From an uncultured Candidatus Rokubacteria bacterium (GTDB taxonomy: Bacteria; Methylomirabilota; Methylomirabilia; Rokubacteriales; DASRDR01): a stretch of 64,000 bases of DNA. The position numbers and the translations under genes are program-made. Positions 17,658 through 27,403 of this stretch are shown here, piece after piece. How positions within the stretch are numbered: position 1 is the first letter of the stretch; each line of letters opens with the position of its first letter. Where the stretch lies: contig CAVPSB010000013.1 in assembly GCA_963708025.1 (NCBI GenBank), forward strand, positions 544,001 through 608,000. The letters run 5' to 3'. The notes beneath the pieces were generated by a model, which was not told the DNA's origin, did no database searches, and saw only the letters and a list, made by a program, of their open reading frames with translations.

Positions 17658-18161
17658 CTACGGCGCCGGGTGGCGCGGGCCGGTCCCGAGCCGGGCGGCG
17701 CGGTTCGCCAGCGCCCGGGCCAGGGCGTAGGGCGTCGTGATCAGCACCGGACCGACGACCAGCGCGGCCCCCGGGTACGAGGCGCCGAGGAGGACCCACT
17801 GGAAGATGGAGTCGAGCAGGATGCCCATGAGCAGCAGGTTCACCACGGACCGGAACCCGCTGCGCGCGAGCTGGCGCCGGTGCTCGCCGCGGGCGAGGAG
17901 GCCGAGCAGGTAGGGGGGCAGGCCGGCGCGCGCGTCCTTCCGCCCGTCGCGGATGCCCAGCAGGGTCGCCACCGCCGGCTGCATCACGAACCGGAACCGC
18001 CCCGGCCCGGTGAGGCGCTTGGGGATGTCCGCGAGGAAGGCCCACGAGAAGAGGTAGAGTCCGCCGCGCTCGTACGCCTCGCGCAGCGCGGACGGCACCG
18101 AGAGAATCAGCACCAGCGCGGTCAGGCCAGCGAGCACGAGCGTCACGCGCGAGCCCTTCAC
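17658..18161 (-). CDS. Hypothetical membrane protein
   Basis: Several hydrophobic segments, GPGRFRFVMQP...GIRDGRKDAR; GGAGG RBS before GTG. Confidence 0.7.
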   Translation of the reverse strand: MKGSRVTLVLAGLTALVLILSVPSALREAYERGGLYLFSWAFLADIPKRLTGPGRFRFVMQPAVATLLGIRDGRKDARAGLPPYLLGLLARGEHRRQLARSGFRSVVNLLLMGILLDSIFQWVLLGASYPGAALVVGPVLITTPYALARALANRAARLGTGPRHPAP

Positions 18162-18327
18162 GGTCCCTTCCCTCCGGGGTGCCTGTCGCCCGAAGGATAG
18201 CACCCCCTGCGGCCGGCCGGGCCGCGCGATCCGTCCGACCCCTGGCGCCGTGCTTCCGGCTGGGGTATCGTCGGCGTGGCCCGGATGCGGAGCTCTCCGG
18301 GCGGGCCCCCTTCAGGTGGAGATCTCG

Positions 18328-19383
18328 ATGCCGCGAGCCGTGCGGGGACACCACCCACGCGCCCCACGTCTGCCCCGCACTCGGGGCGGAGCGCCGGCCA
18401 CGCGTCGGCAGGCCGTGCTGCTCTTCGCCCTCGCTTTCGGCGTCATCGCCTGGCCGGCGGCCGAGGCCCAGGCGCCGGGCAAGGTCTGGCGGGTCGCCGT
18501 GCTCACGGGGGCCGTGGCGCGCTCGGACCCCCCGCCCCGCGCCCTGGAGGAGCGCCTGGCCGAGCTGGGCTACGTCGAGGGACGGAACCTGGTGATCGAC
18601 TTCCGCTCCGCCGCGGGGGCGCCGGTCAACCGCCTGCCCGCCCTGGCCACGGAGCTGGTCGGCCGGCGGCCGGACGTCCTGGTGGCGGCCTCCACCCAGG
18701 GCGGGCTGGCCGCGAAGAGCGCGACCCGGACCGTCCCGATCGTCCTCGCCGGCGTCGGCGACCCCGTCGGGAGCGGCATCGTTCCCAGCCTGGCGCGCCC
18801 GGGCGGGAACATCACCGGCGTTTCGTTGCTCAACGTCGAGCTGAGCGGGAAGGGACTGCAGCTCTTGAAAGAGGCGGTGCCGGCCGCCTCGCGGGTCGCC
18901 GTGCTCTGGAACTCGGGGAACCGGCTCCACCCGAGGGTCCTCGCGGCCACCCAGGCGGCCGCCGCCACGCTGAAGGTCGCCCTCCAGCTCGTCGACGTGC
19001 CGGGGCCGGCGGATCTGCCGAGGGCGTTCGAGGCGATCACCCGGCAGCGGGCCGACGGCCTCCTGGTGCTCTCCGATACCGTCAGCCTCGCCCACCGGAA
19101 GCCGATCCTCGACTTCGCCGCCAATAGCCGGCTGCCCGCCATGTACCCGTTCCGGGAGATGGCGGACGACGGCGGGCTCCTCAGCTACGGCCCGAGCCTG
19201 ACCGACAACTTCCGGGCGGCCGCCGACTACGTTGACAAGATCCTGAAGGGCGCGCGGCCCGGCGACCTCCCCATCGCCCAGCCGACGAGGTTCGACCTCG
19301 TGGTCAACCGGAAGACCGCCAAGGCCCTCGGCCTCACGATCCCCCAGGCGATCCTGGTCCGCGCGGACGACGTCATCCAGTGA
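18328..19383 (+). CDS. ABC transporter substrate-binding protein (ABC_sub_bind type)
   Basis: LGYVEGRNL, GDPVGSGIVPSLARPGGNITG, GGLLSYG and [26 protein letters not shown] motifs. Confidence 0.9.
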   Translation: MPRAVRGHHPRAPRLPRTRGGAPATRRQAVLLFALAFGVIAWPAAEAQAPGKVWRVAVLTGAVARSDPPPRALEERLAELGYVEGRNLVIDFRSAAGAPVNRLPALATELVGRRPDVLVAASTQGGLAAKSATRTVPIVLAGVGDPVGSGIVPSLARPGGNITGVSLLNVELSGKGLQLLKEAVPAASRVAVLWNSGNRLHPRVLAATQAAAATLKVALQLVDVPGPADLPRAFEAITRQRADGLLVLSDTVSLAHRKPILDFAANSRLPAMYPFREMADDGGLLSYGPSLTDNFRAAADYVDKILKGARPGDLPIAQPTRFDLVVNRKTAKALGLTIPQAILVRADDVIQ

Positions 19384-19413
19384 GCCGCCCGCCGACCGGA
19401 TCCGGCGCGTCCG

Positions 19414-20581
19414 ATGCTTGACGTTCCCCGCCTGCGGGCGGACACGCCCGGCGTCGCCCACGTCCTCCACTTCAACAACGCGGGGGCGGCCCTGCCGCCG
19501 CGGCCCGTCGTCGAGGCGGTGACGGGCCATCTCCAGCGCGAGGCCACCATCGGGGGCTACGAGGCGGCCGCCGAGGCGGCGGACCGGATGGCCGACGTCT
19601 ACGACGCGGTCGCCGCCCTCATCGGCGCGGCCCGGGAGGAGATCGCGTTCGTGGAGAACGCCACCCGGGCCTGGGACATGGCGTTCTACGCCATCCCCTT
19701 CCGCCCCGGCGACCGGGTCGTCACCGCGCGGGCGGAGTACGCCTCGAACTACCTCGCCTTCCTCCAGCTGAAGCGGCGCGTGGGCATCGAGATCGACGTG
19801 GTGGACGACGACGCCGCGGGCCAGGTGGACGTGGCCGCCCTCGAGCGGGCGATCCGGCCGCGAACGCGGCTCATCGCCATCACGCACGTGCCCACCCAGG
19901 GCGGGCTCGTCAATCCGGCCGCCGAGGTGGGTCGGGTCGCCGCCCGGCACGGCATCCTCTATCTCCTCGACGCCTGCCAGTCGGTCGGCCAGCTCGCCAT
20001 CGACGTCGGCCGGATCGGCTGCCACATGCTCTCGGCCACCGGACGCAAGTACCTGCGCGGCCCGCGGGGCACGGGCTTCCTCTACGTGCGGCACGACACG
20101 ATCGGGGCCCTCGAGCCGCCCTTCATCGACCTGGAGGCCGCCTCCTGGATCGACGCCGACACCTACGCGCTCCGCGCGGATGCCCGCCGCTTCGAGAACT
20201 GGGAGCGGTCCGTGGCCGGCCAGATCGGGCTGGGGGTCGCCGTCCGCTACGCGATGGGCGTGGGCATCGAGGCCATCGAGGCGCGGGTCAAGGCGCTGGC
20301 GGCGAGGCTGCGGAGCGAGCTGGCGAAGCGGCCGGGCGTGACCGTCCACGACCTCGGGGTCGGAGAAGTGCGGGATCGTCACCTTCCTGAAGGAGGGCGA
20401 GGCGCCGGAGGCGACCCGCCAGCGGCTCCGGGCCATGAACATCAACGTCACCCACACCCAGGCCCGCTCCTCGCGCCTCGACCTGCCCGCGCGCGGCCTC
20501 GACGCCCTCGTCCGGGCCAGCGTCCACTACTACAACGACGAGGCCGAGGTCGAGCGCTTCCTGCGCTCGGTGGCGGGATAG
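19414..20581 (+). CDS. Class V aminotransferase / cysteine desulfurase-like PLP enzyme (frameshift near 20360)
   Basis: [18 protein letters not shown] and [15 protein letters not shown] (PLP lysine); C-terminus CGIVTF...RASVHYYN in another frame. Confidence 0.88.
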
Positions 20582-20663
20582 GGTGGGCCACAGCGTCGCG
20601 CTCCGTCGCAGGGGCCGCAGAGGTTCCTGTCACCCGGCGCCATCACCCCGATCGGTTGTACGC

Positions 20664-20862
20664 TAGCCCTGAGCGGCGAATACTGCACCCTGATCGCGGC
20701 TTCCGACGCTGCTCCTGCTCCGCTCCCTCTCCCTTCCAGGGAGAGGGTTGCGGTGACGGTCGATTGGAGGGCATGGCTTCCCCCTCACCCTAACCCTCTC
20801 CCCCAGAGGGGGAGAGGGAAAGGAAGGTACAGCTCGAGCCGGATAATCGCCGATTGGGGCTA
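20664..20862. mobile_element. ~200 bp MITE-like element with imperfect terminal inverted repeats and a 9-bp target site duplication
   Basis: GTTGTACGC at 20655-20663 and 20863-20871. Ends tagccctgagcggcgaata / taatcgccgattggggcta match 15/19 as inverted repeats. Contains an internal pair of CCCTCTCCC..GGGAGAGGG hairpins. Confidence 0.7.
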
Positions 20863-20983
20863 GTTGTACGCGAGGTGAAGCAGCGAAAGGGCTGCATCGA
20901 CACGCTCCCTGCGAGTGCCGGCGGAGAATGGAGCGCAACGAGGATTCCTCGAGCCGCCCGCGAGGGGCGGAAGGACAAAGACA

Positions 20984-21862
20984 ATGTCGAAGAAACGCAC
21001 GGCCAAGGTCGCATCGGCCGCTCGCCTGCCCAGGGGGTTCGTGGAAAAGAGCGCCAGGGTGAACGGGGTGAGGATCGCCTACAAGATCGGCGGCCACGGC
21101 CCGGCCGTCGTCCTGCTCCACGGCTACGCCCAGACGAGCCACATGTGGAGGCCGCTGATGCCGCTGCTGGCGCCGTCCCACACCGTGATCGCGCCCGACC
21201 TGCGCGGCGCCGGTGGCTCGGAGCGCACGCCGGCCGGGTACGACAAGAAGACCCTGGCGCAAGACGTCCGGGCGCTCGTGCGTCATCTCGGCCACGAGCA
21301 GGTGAAGGTCGTCGGGCACGACATCGGCCTGATGGTGGCATACGCCTACGCGGCCCAGTACCCGAGCGAGGTCGGCAAGGTCGTCCTGATGGACGCGTTC
21401 CTGCCCGGTGTCGGCGACTGGACGAACGTCTGGCTGCTGCGCGACCTCTGGCACTTCCACTTCCATGGCGACACGGCTCTCGCGCTGGTCAAGGGGAGGG
21501 AGCGCGTCTACTTCGAGCACTTCTGGAACGACTTCGCCGCCGACAGGACCAAGTCGGTGCCCGAGGCGGATCGGCGCATCTACGCTGCGGCCTACGCGCG
21601 AGCAGGCGGCATGCGAGCCGGCTTCCAGTACTTCAAGAGCTTCGAGCAGGACGCGAAGGACTTCGCGGCATTCGCGACCACCAGGCTGGACATGCCGTTC
21701 CTCGTCCTCACGGGCGAGAAGGCCTCCGGCACGTTCCTCATCGACCAGGCGAGACTGGTCGCGACCAATGTGTCCGGGACCGTGGTGAAGAGCTCCGGTC
21801 ACTGGCTGATGGAGGAGGCCACCGGCCAGGTCGTCCCGGCCATCGTCGCGTTCCTCGGATGA
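20984..21862 (+). CDS. Alpha/beta fold hydrolase (epoxide hydrolase-like)
   Basis: VLLHGY, APDLRGAG, VGHDIG (nucleophile Asp) and SGHWLMEE motifs. Confidence 0.9.
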   Translation: MSKKRTAKVASAARLPRGFVEKSARVNGVRIAYKIGGHGPAVVLLHGYAQTSHMWRPLMPLLAPSHTVIAPDLRGAGGSERTPAGYDKKTLAQDVRALVRHLGHEQVKVVGHDIGLMVAYAYAAQYPSEVGKVVLMDAFLPGVGDWTNVWLLRDLWHFHFHGDTALALVKGRERVYFEHFWNDFAADRTKSVPEADRRIYAAAYARAGGMRAGFQYFKSFEQDAKDFAAFATTRLDMPFLVLTGEKASGTFLIDQARLVATNVSGTVVKSSGHWLMEEATGQVVPAIVAFLG

Positions 21863-21914
21863 CCCCGGTGACCCCCGCAAGTCTGGCCATCGAGCCGGCA
21901 TGGAGGGTACGGGA

Positions 21915-22247
21915 GTGAGCGAACATTATCACGACCCGACGGACCTTCGTCTCATCAAGGACATGCGCACGCTGGCGCCGGCCGACTTCGACGCGTGGCT
22001 CGGCCTCAACAGCATCGTCGCGCGGACGGACGGGACGATCCCCAGGAAGTACCGGGAGCTGATCGCGCTGGCCGTCGCGTGCACGACCCAGTGTCCCTAC
22101 TGTATCGAGGCCCACGCCAAGCACGCCAAGGCTGCCGGAGCGACCCGCGCGGAGGTCGTCGAGTCCGCGCTCCTCGCGGCGGCGTTGCGAGCCGGAGGCG
22201 CCGCAGGCCACGGAGCGATGGCGCTCAAGTTCTTCGACCAGGAGTGA
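21915..22247 (+). CDS. Carboxymuconolactone decarboxylase / AhpD family protein
   Basis: KYRELIALAVACTTQCPYCIEAH (CxxC). Confidence 0.9.
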   Translation: MSEHYHDPTDLRLIKDMRTLAPADFDAWLGLNSIVARTDGTIPRKYRELIALAVACTTQCPYCIEAHAKHAKAAGATRAEVVESALLAAALRAGGAAGHGAMALKFFDQE

Positions 22248-22252
22248 CCGCC

Positions 22253-23020
22253 ATGCAGCTCGAGAAGGCCGTGGACATCCTGTGGGACGCCCTGCAGCGG
22301 GGCGTCCACTACCCCGAGGCACTCAGAGGCCAGCTCACGCTGACCGATGGCTACCGGGTCCAGCTCGGCGTCCTGGCGCGGGCGGTGGCGGCGCGGGACC
22401 GGCAGGCGGGCTGGAAGATCGGCCTGTCGGCTGACGCCATCCGCCGCCGCTTCGGTGTCGACACGCCGGTGTTCGGCTACCTGCTCGAGAGCCGGGGTTT
22501 TCGGAATGGCGTGAGCTTCCGGGCCGGAGACATCGTCAACCCGGCCATCGAGTGCGAGCTGTGCTTCACCCTCGGCGAGACCCTGCGCGGGCCCGGCGTC
22601 ACCCGGGAGCAGGTGCTCGACGCCGTCGCCGCCGTGGCGCCGGCCTTCGAGATCGTCTCGCTGAGGGGCGACATGGCTGCCGATCTCCCGCTGGGGATCG
22701 CCGACAACGTGAGCCAGTGGGCCTTCGTCACCGGCCCGACCGTCCAGCCCTACCCGCGTGACCTGGTGCTCGGGCAGGTGACCGTCGAGATCCTGACCGA
22801 CGGCAGGACGGTGTCGCGCCTGCTCGGGGCCGAGGTCATCGACGATCAGCTCCAGTCGCTCGCCTGGCTCGCCAACCAGCTGGCGCACCACGATCGGGCC
22901 CTGGAGGCCGGCCAGCAGGTGATCACCGGGTCGTTCAACCCGCCGGCGCCGATCCACCCGGGCGAGCGGTGGGAGGCTCGCTTCTCCTCGCTGGGGGCGG
23001 TGACGGCGGCCTTCTCCTGA
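22253..23020 (+). CDS. 2-keto-4-pentenoate hydratase-like (FAH superfamily)
   Basis: GWKIG, PVFGYL, IECELCF, PAFEIV, IADN and VITGS motifs. Confidence 0.85.
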   Translation: MQLEKAVDILWDALQRGVHYPEALRGQLTLTDGYRVQLGVLARAVAARDRQAGWKIGLSADAIRRRFGVDTPVFGYLLESRGFRNGVSFRAGDIVNPAIECELCFTLGETLRGPGVTREQVLDAVAAVAPAFEIVSLRGDMAADLPLGIADNVSQWAFVTGPTVQPYPRDLVLGQVTVEILTDGRTVSRLLGAEVIDDQLQSLAWLANQLAHHDRALEAGQQVITGSFNPPAPIHPGERWEARFSSLGAVTAAFS

Positions 23021-23031
23021 CGGCCCGGCGC

Positions 23032-23553
23032 CTACTTCACGAAGTGGTCCCGGGCGAGCGGCGGCCGCACATCGCCGCCGGAGAAGAGCAGCGTCACGAT
23101 GATCTCGACCGACGCGTTGCCGCCCAGCCCCTGGCAGCCGATGGCCGCGCGCGTGGGCTTGCCGCGCTCGCCGTAGAGCTCGACGAGGAGGTCGGCGGCG
23201 CCGTTGATCACGCGGGGCTGGTCGCCGAAGCCGGGCGCCGAGTTCACGAAGCCCAGCAGGTGGACGATCTGCTGCACCCGGTCGAGGTCGCCGAGCGCGT
23301 ACTTGACGGCCGCCAGCGTCGTGATCACGGCGTAGCGCGCCGCCTCGTAGCCCTGCTCGATCGTGAGATCCTTGCCGACCACGCCGGGCAGGTACCCCTG
23401 CCCACCCTTTCGCGGCGTGGTGCCGGACAGGTAGAGCAGGTTCTGCACCGGAAAGTGGGAGATGTAGTGGGCGCCGGACGCGTTCGTGCGATAGAGGTCC
23501 TCCAGGTCCGGCACGTCCAGTCCCAGGTTCGCCAGCTTCGCCTCGATCTTCAT
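23032..23553 (-). CDS. RidA/YjgF family protein
   Basis: LLYLSG, LGFVNSAPGFGDQPRVINGAADLL and TRAAIG motifs. Confidence 0.88.
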   Translation of the reverse strand: MKIEAKLANLGLDVPDLEDLYRTNASGAHYISHFPVQNLLYLSGTTPRKGGQGYLPGVVGKDLTIEQGYEAARYAVITTLAAVKYALGDLDRVQQIVHLLGFVNSAPGFGDQPRVINGAADLLVELYGERGKPTRAAIGCQGLGGNASVEIIVTLLFSGGDVRPPLARDHFVK

Positions 23554-23567
23554 GTGAGCCTCCTCTG

Positions 23568-23658
23568 AGAGCGTGTGAAGGAATGGGGTGCTCCGGCTCC
23601 CCCCTCCCCCCCGGTGGGTGGGGGAGGGGGGTTGGGGGGGTGGGCGGGAGGACCCGAA
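23568..23658. repeat. G-rich intergenic repeat (copy 1), REP/MITE-like
   Basis: About 90 bp, near-identical to 39928-40016 (agagcgYgtgaag...ctccggctcccccctcccc..ggtgggtgggggagggggg...gggcgggaggWcccgaa). Confidence 0.85.
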
Positions 23659-23686
23659 CTGAGGGGCTACGCACTCTCGCCCATTG

Positions 23687-24523
23687 CTACCGCCCGAGCT
23701 TCTCGAGGCCGATCGTCCGGGAGGCGACGACGACCACGATGAAGGCCAGGAAGATCTCGCACGCCGACACCGCCGCCACCAGGGGGCTCGAGTCGTACTG
23801 GACGAGGTAGTAGAGCTCGACGGACACGGGGCGGGCCCGGGGCGAGGCCGTGAACAGGGCGACGGTCACGTTGTCGAACGCCTCGATGAACACCACGGCC
23901 GCCGCGCCGAGGATGGCCCCGAGGCTCTGGGCGAGCGTCACCCGGAGAAAGGTCTGGAGCCGCCCCGCCCCCAGCGTGGCCGACGCCTCCTCCAGGGCCG
24001 GATCGAGCCCGGCCAGGCGGGCCATCACGACCCGCACCACGAAGGGCAGGCAGAAGACGGTCAGGCTCAGGACGAGCATCAGGTGGGAGGCGCGGAAGGC
24101 GAAGTAGGCGCCGAAGAAGAGGACCGCCACGCCGATGACGAGGCCCGGCATCATCTGGGGCGCGACCAGGAACGCCCCGACCGCCGTCCGCCCCGGGAAT
24201 CTCCCCCGCACCAGCGCGTAGGCGGCCGGAACCCCGAGGGCCAGGCACGCCAGCGTCACGTCGAGAGCCGCCCGCAGGCTCACGACGGCCGCGTCGAGGA
24301 TCTGGGCGTGCCGCCAAAGCGCCTGGTACCAGCGGAGCGAGAGGCCCCCGGGGGGGAAGCCGATGTATTCCCGGGCGTCGAACGAGATCAGCACGACGAC
24401 GAGCAGCGGCGCCACCAGGACGGCCACCGCCAGCGCGGCCAGCGCGATCAGGGCCGCCGCCCCCGCCACGTCCCCGGGTGACCAGGCCTGGCGCCGTCGC
24501 GCCTCGACCGAGGGACGCCTCAT
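23687..24523 (-). CDS. ABC transporter permease (PotC-like)
   Basis: FPPGGLSLRWY and LEEASATLGA (EAA motif). Confidence 0.88.
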   Translation of the reverse strand: MRRPSVEARRRQAWSPGDVAGAAALIALAALAVAVLVAPLLVVVLISFDAREYIGFPPGGLSLRWYQALWRHAQILDAAVVSLRAALDVTLACLALGVPAAYALVRGRFPGRTAVGAFLVAPQMMPGLVIGVAVLFFGAYFAFRASHLMLVLSLTVFCLPFVVRVVMARLAGLDPALEEASATLGAGRLQTFLRVTLAQSLGAILGAAAVVFIEAFDNVTVALFTASPRARPVSVELYYLVQYDSSPLVAAVSACEIFLAFIVVVVASRTIGLEKLGR

Positions 24524-25431
24524 CGCGTCGGTCGCAGCCAGGCCATGGCCCGGTTGGCCGCCCAGCTGATGAGGAGGACGAAGACGAAACACGAGCCCAG
24601 GAGGAGCGCGGCCAGGACGGCCCCGGTGGCCCAGTCCAGGATCACGATCGTCTGCTCGTAGACCTTGACCGCCACCGTCGAGTAGTTCCCGCCGCCGAGG
24701 AGCTGGGGGATGATGAAGTTGGTGTAGGAGAGCGCGAAGACCAGGGCGGTGCCGGCCGCGATCCCCGGCAGGCTCAGCGGCACCACGACCCGGACGAACG
24801 TCCCGGCCCGGCTGGCGCCGAGATTGAGCGACGCCTCCTCCAGCGAGCGATCGCGCGAGGCGAGCGCCGCCATCAGCGGCAGGATCATGAACGGGAGGTG
24901 CACCTGGGTCAGGCCGATCAGGACCGCCCAGTCGGTGTTGAGGATGCGGACCGGGGTGTCCACGATGCCGAGCGACAGCAGCACGGTGTTGAGGAGGCCG
25001 CGCCGCCCGCCCAGGATCACGAGCCACGCGTAGGTCCGGACCAGCGCGCTGGTGAGCAGCGGCGAGATGACCGCCACCAGGAGGCACTTCCGGCCGAAGC
25101 TCCCGAGCGCGCCGTAGAGGTAGGCGACCGGGTAGCCGAGGACCAGGCAGAGGACGGTGGTGGCGCTGCCGAGCCAGAACGACCGCCAGAAGAGGAGCCC
25201 CGACAGGGGGTCGGTCAGGATCCGCCGGTAGTGGGCCAGGGTGAACGACCCCGGGACGACGCGGCCGCGCTCGATCGTGAGGAATCCGAAGGCGAAGAGG
25301 ACGCAGAGCGGCAGGACGAGCGCGACGACCAGATAGATCACGGCCGGCAGGGCCGGCCAGACGCCTCGGCCGTCGATGATCCGCCGCCGCCAGACCGCCG
25401 GACTCCGGGCCGAGGCCGTGGCCGGCGCCAT
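24520..25431 (-). CDS. ABC transporter permease (PotB-like)
   Basis: LGYPVAY, LVRTYAW, HLPFMILP and LEEASLNLGA motifs. Confidence 0.88.
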   Translation of the reverse strand: MAPATASARSPAVWRRRIIDGRGVWPALPAVIYLVVALVLPLCVLFAFGFLTIERGRVVPGSFTLAHYRRILTDPLSGLLFWRSFWLGSATTVLCLVLGYPVAYLYGALGSFGRKCLLVAVISPLLTSALVRTYAWLVILGGRRGLLNTVLLSLGIVDTPVRILNTDWAVLIGLTQVHLPFMILPLMAALASRDRSLEEASLNLGASRAGTFVRVVVPLSLPGIAAGTALVFALSYTNFIIPQLLGGGNYSTVAVKVYEQTIVILDWATGAVLAALLLGSCFVFVLLISWAANRAMAWLRPTR

Positions 25432-25552
25432 CACCCCTTGGGGCGGCCGGGCCACACCAGGCATGCCGCACGATATCATGGCCGTGGCCCGGCCGGTCGC
25501 ACGCGGCCGGTGGCCGGTGCGGGTAGAATTCGACGTCGTGGACGCCCAGTCC

Positions 25553-25889
25553 ATGGACCGCAAGCTCGTCGACCTCCTGAGCGCCGATGTGGAGGGCGAC
25601 AGCCTATCCGAGACGCTCGGCATGCCTACTACGGGCGGGGCGCAACCAGGAAGCCCTGGACACATTCAGGAAGATCGTGCAGCAGAATCCCAACTTCGTG
25701 CCGGCCCACGCCTACCTCGCCGCGGTCAGCGAGCCGGGGCGCGACGGAAAGGCACGCGCGGCGTGGGCGGCGGCGTCCCGGCTCAGTCCCGGCGCCTCGA
25801 TGGCCGTGCTCCGGCAGCGCCTCCCGTACCGGCGGCCGGCCGACCTGGACCGGTTCCTCAGCGCCGCGCGCAAGGCGGGGCTCGAGTGA
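25553..25889 (+). pseudogene. Internally deleted adenylate cyclase-TPR gene (N-terminal ~17 aa joined to the C-terminal TPR end)
   Basis: MDRKLVDLLSADVEGDS resembles the cyclase start MERKLAAILSADVxGYS. It is followed in a shifted frame by ...EALDTFRKIVQQNPNFVPAHAYLAA...LPYRRPADLDRFLSAARKAGLE*. Confidence 0.65.
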
Positions 25890-25917
25890 AGAGCCGGGCC
25901 TTCTCGTCATGAGTCCA

Positions 25918-25947
25918 TTGATACGGGCATCACGAGTGATGTACCTT
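25918..25947 (+). promoter_or_regulatory. Antitoxin promoter with palindromic operator
   Basis: TTGATA-18 bp-TACCTT with the palindrome CATCAC-GA-GTGATG (25928-25941) between them; ATG 7 nt after the -10. Confidence 0.55.
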
Positions 25948-25954
25948 CTGGCTC

Positions 25955-26242
25955 ATGGCACGCCCCCTTCAAGTCTATCTCGACGATCAGGATCTCCAGC
26001 AACTCGACGCCTGGGCGCGCGAGCGCGGGTGGACGAAGTCTCAGGCCGTCCGGGTGGCGATCCGAGCTCTGACCCGTCGGCCGGTCGAGGATCCCCTCCT
26101 CGAGCTGAGCGGCGACCTCGAGGGGCTCCCCGAGGATCTCAGCGTGAACTTCGACCGCTATGTGAACGAGACGTACGTTGCCGAACCCTCCGCCTCCTAC
26201 CGGGCGCGACGCCGGCGATCGCGGCCGCCTGTTCGTCGATAG
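25955..26242 (+). CDS. Ribbon-helix-helix (CopG/VapB-like) antitoxin
   Basis: LQVYLDDQDLQQLDAWARERGWTKSQAVRVAI...DPLLELSG; directly upstream of a PIN gene. Confidence 0.8.
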   Translation: MARPLQVYLDDQDLQQLDAWARERGWTKSQAVRVAIRALTRRPVEDPLLELSGDLEGLPEDLSVNFDRYVNETYVAEPSASYRARRRRSRPPVRR

Positions 26243-26363
26243 CGGCGCCTGGATCGCCCTGCGGAACCGGCGCGACGAGCACCACGCCGAGGCTGACCAG
26301 TTCTTCCGGGAGACGCTGCGGCGGCGAATACGCCTCGTCACCACCAACCTCATCTTCCACTGA
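26178..26363 (+). pseudogene. Truncated PIN-domain (VapC-like) toxin
   Basis: LFVDSGAWIALRNRRDEHH...LVTTNLIFH*. Only the N-terminal third is present; no continuation in other frames. Confidence 0.75.
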
Positions 26364-26525
26364 ACAGAGGAATGGGGGATGATCAGATGATGCACCGCGT
26401 GTGCCGCCACGATGACACCCAGTCGCGCGACATGCGGCGGACGACGGTGGCCGGCGACGCGCCCACCGTCGCCCAGGTCCCGGTGGCGTAAGGCCGCGGG
26501 GCCCAGTCGGATTGGAGGCACACCC

Positions 26526-26880
26526 ATGCAGACGCGCGTCGACGAGATCGCCGAGGGGATCTACCGGCTCTCGACATTTCTCCCCGCGGGCGGCCCGAGC
26601 GGGTTCACGTTCAACCAGTTCCTGGTGGATGCCGAGGAGCCGCTGCTGTTCCACTGCGGCCAGCGCGCGCTGTTCTCGTCGGTCTCTCAGGCGGTGGGCC
26701 GCGTGATGGACGTGCGCCAGCTGCGCTGGATCGCCTTCAGTCACGTCGAGGCCGACGAGTGCGGCGCACTGGCCGAGTGGCTCGCCGCCGCGCCCGCCGC
26801 GACGGTCACCCACGGCGCGATCGGCTGCGCCATCTGGCTGAACGACCAGTCGCCACGGCCCCCGCGGGCGCTGGCGAATG
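26526..26880 (+). pseudogene. Truncated MBL-fold metallo-hydrolase (FprA/ODP-like)
   Basis: MQTRVDEIAEGIYRLS...FTFNQFLVDAEEPLLFHCG...FSHVEADECG. Similarity stops at PPRALAN. Confidence 0.7.
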
Positions 26881-26950
26881 CCCTCCACGGATTGCACAGA
26901 CATCACGGCCGCGCCGTATGTGGCGGGGTGGCGCGTGCTAGACTCCGGGC

Positions 26951-27403
26951 ATGGAGCCTGCGACCGACACGCTGGTGGAGCGCGTCCGGCGCGCGCTGGC
27001 CGGCGTTCATGGCATCCGCGTCGGGTATCTCTTCGGCTCGCGCGTGGCCGGCCGGCCGCGGGCCGACAGCGATCTCGACCTCGCGGTGCTGTTCGACCCG
27101 AGCCTGGACGCCGGCGCGCGGTTGCGCGTCGAGCTGGACATCGTCGCCGCCCTGACCGATGCGCTCGGGACGGTGGGCGAACGCACCGACGTCGTCAACC
27201 TCGGCCGGGCCGGCAGCGGCGTCGCCTTCCGGGCGATCCGCGACGGACAGTGTGTGTTCGAGCGCGATCGGGCCGAGCGGGTGCGGCTCGTCGCCCGCAC
27301 CGCGCGGCGCTACGACGAGGACGCGCCGCGCCGGGAGCTCACCCGACGGGCGGCCATCCGAGCCGCACGTCGGCTGGGAGCCGAAGCCCCTGGTCGACCG
27401 TGA
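26951..27403 (+). CDS. mntA: MntA-type minimal nucleotidyltransferase antitoxin
   Basis: YLFGSRVAGRPRADSDLDLAVL (GSx10DxD); overlaps the downstream HEPN gene. Confidence 0.85.
   Translation: MEPATDTLVERVRRALAGVHGIRVGYLFGSRVAGRPRADSDLDLAVLFDPSLDAGARLRVELDIVAALTDALGTVGERTDVVNLGRAGSGVAFRAIRDGQCVFERDRAERVRLVARTARRYDEDAPRRELTRRAAIRAARRLGAEAPGRP

Noticed and set aside
26370-26440. Minus-strand LGVIVAAHAVHHL resembling an MFS transporter N-terminus
   Set aside because: Only about 13 residues with no start context; insufficient support.
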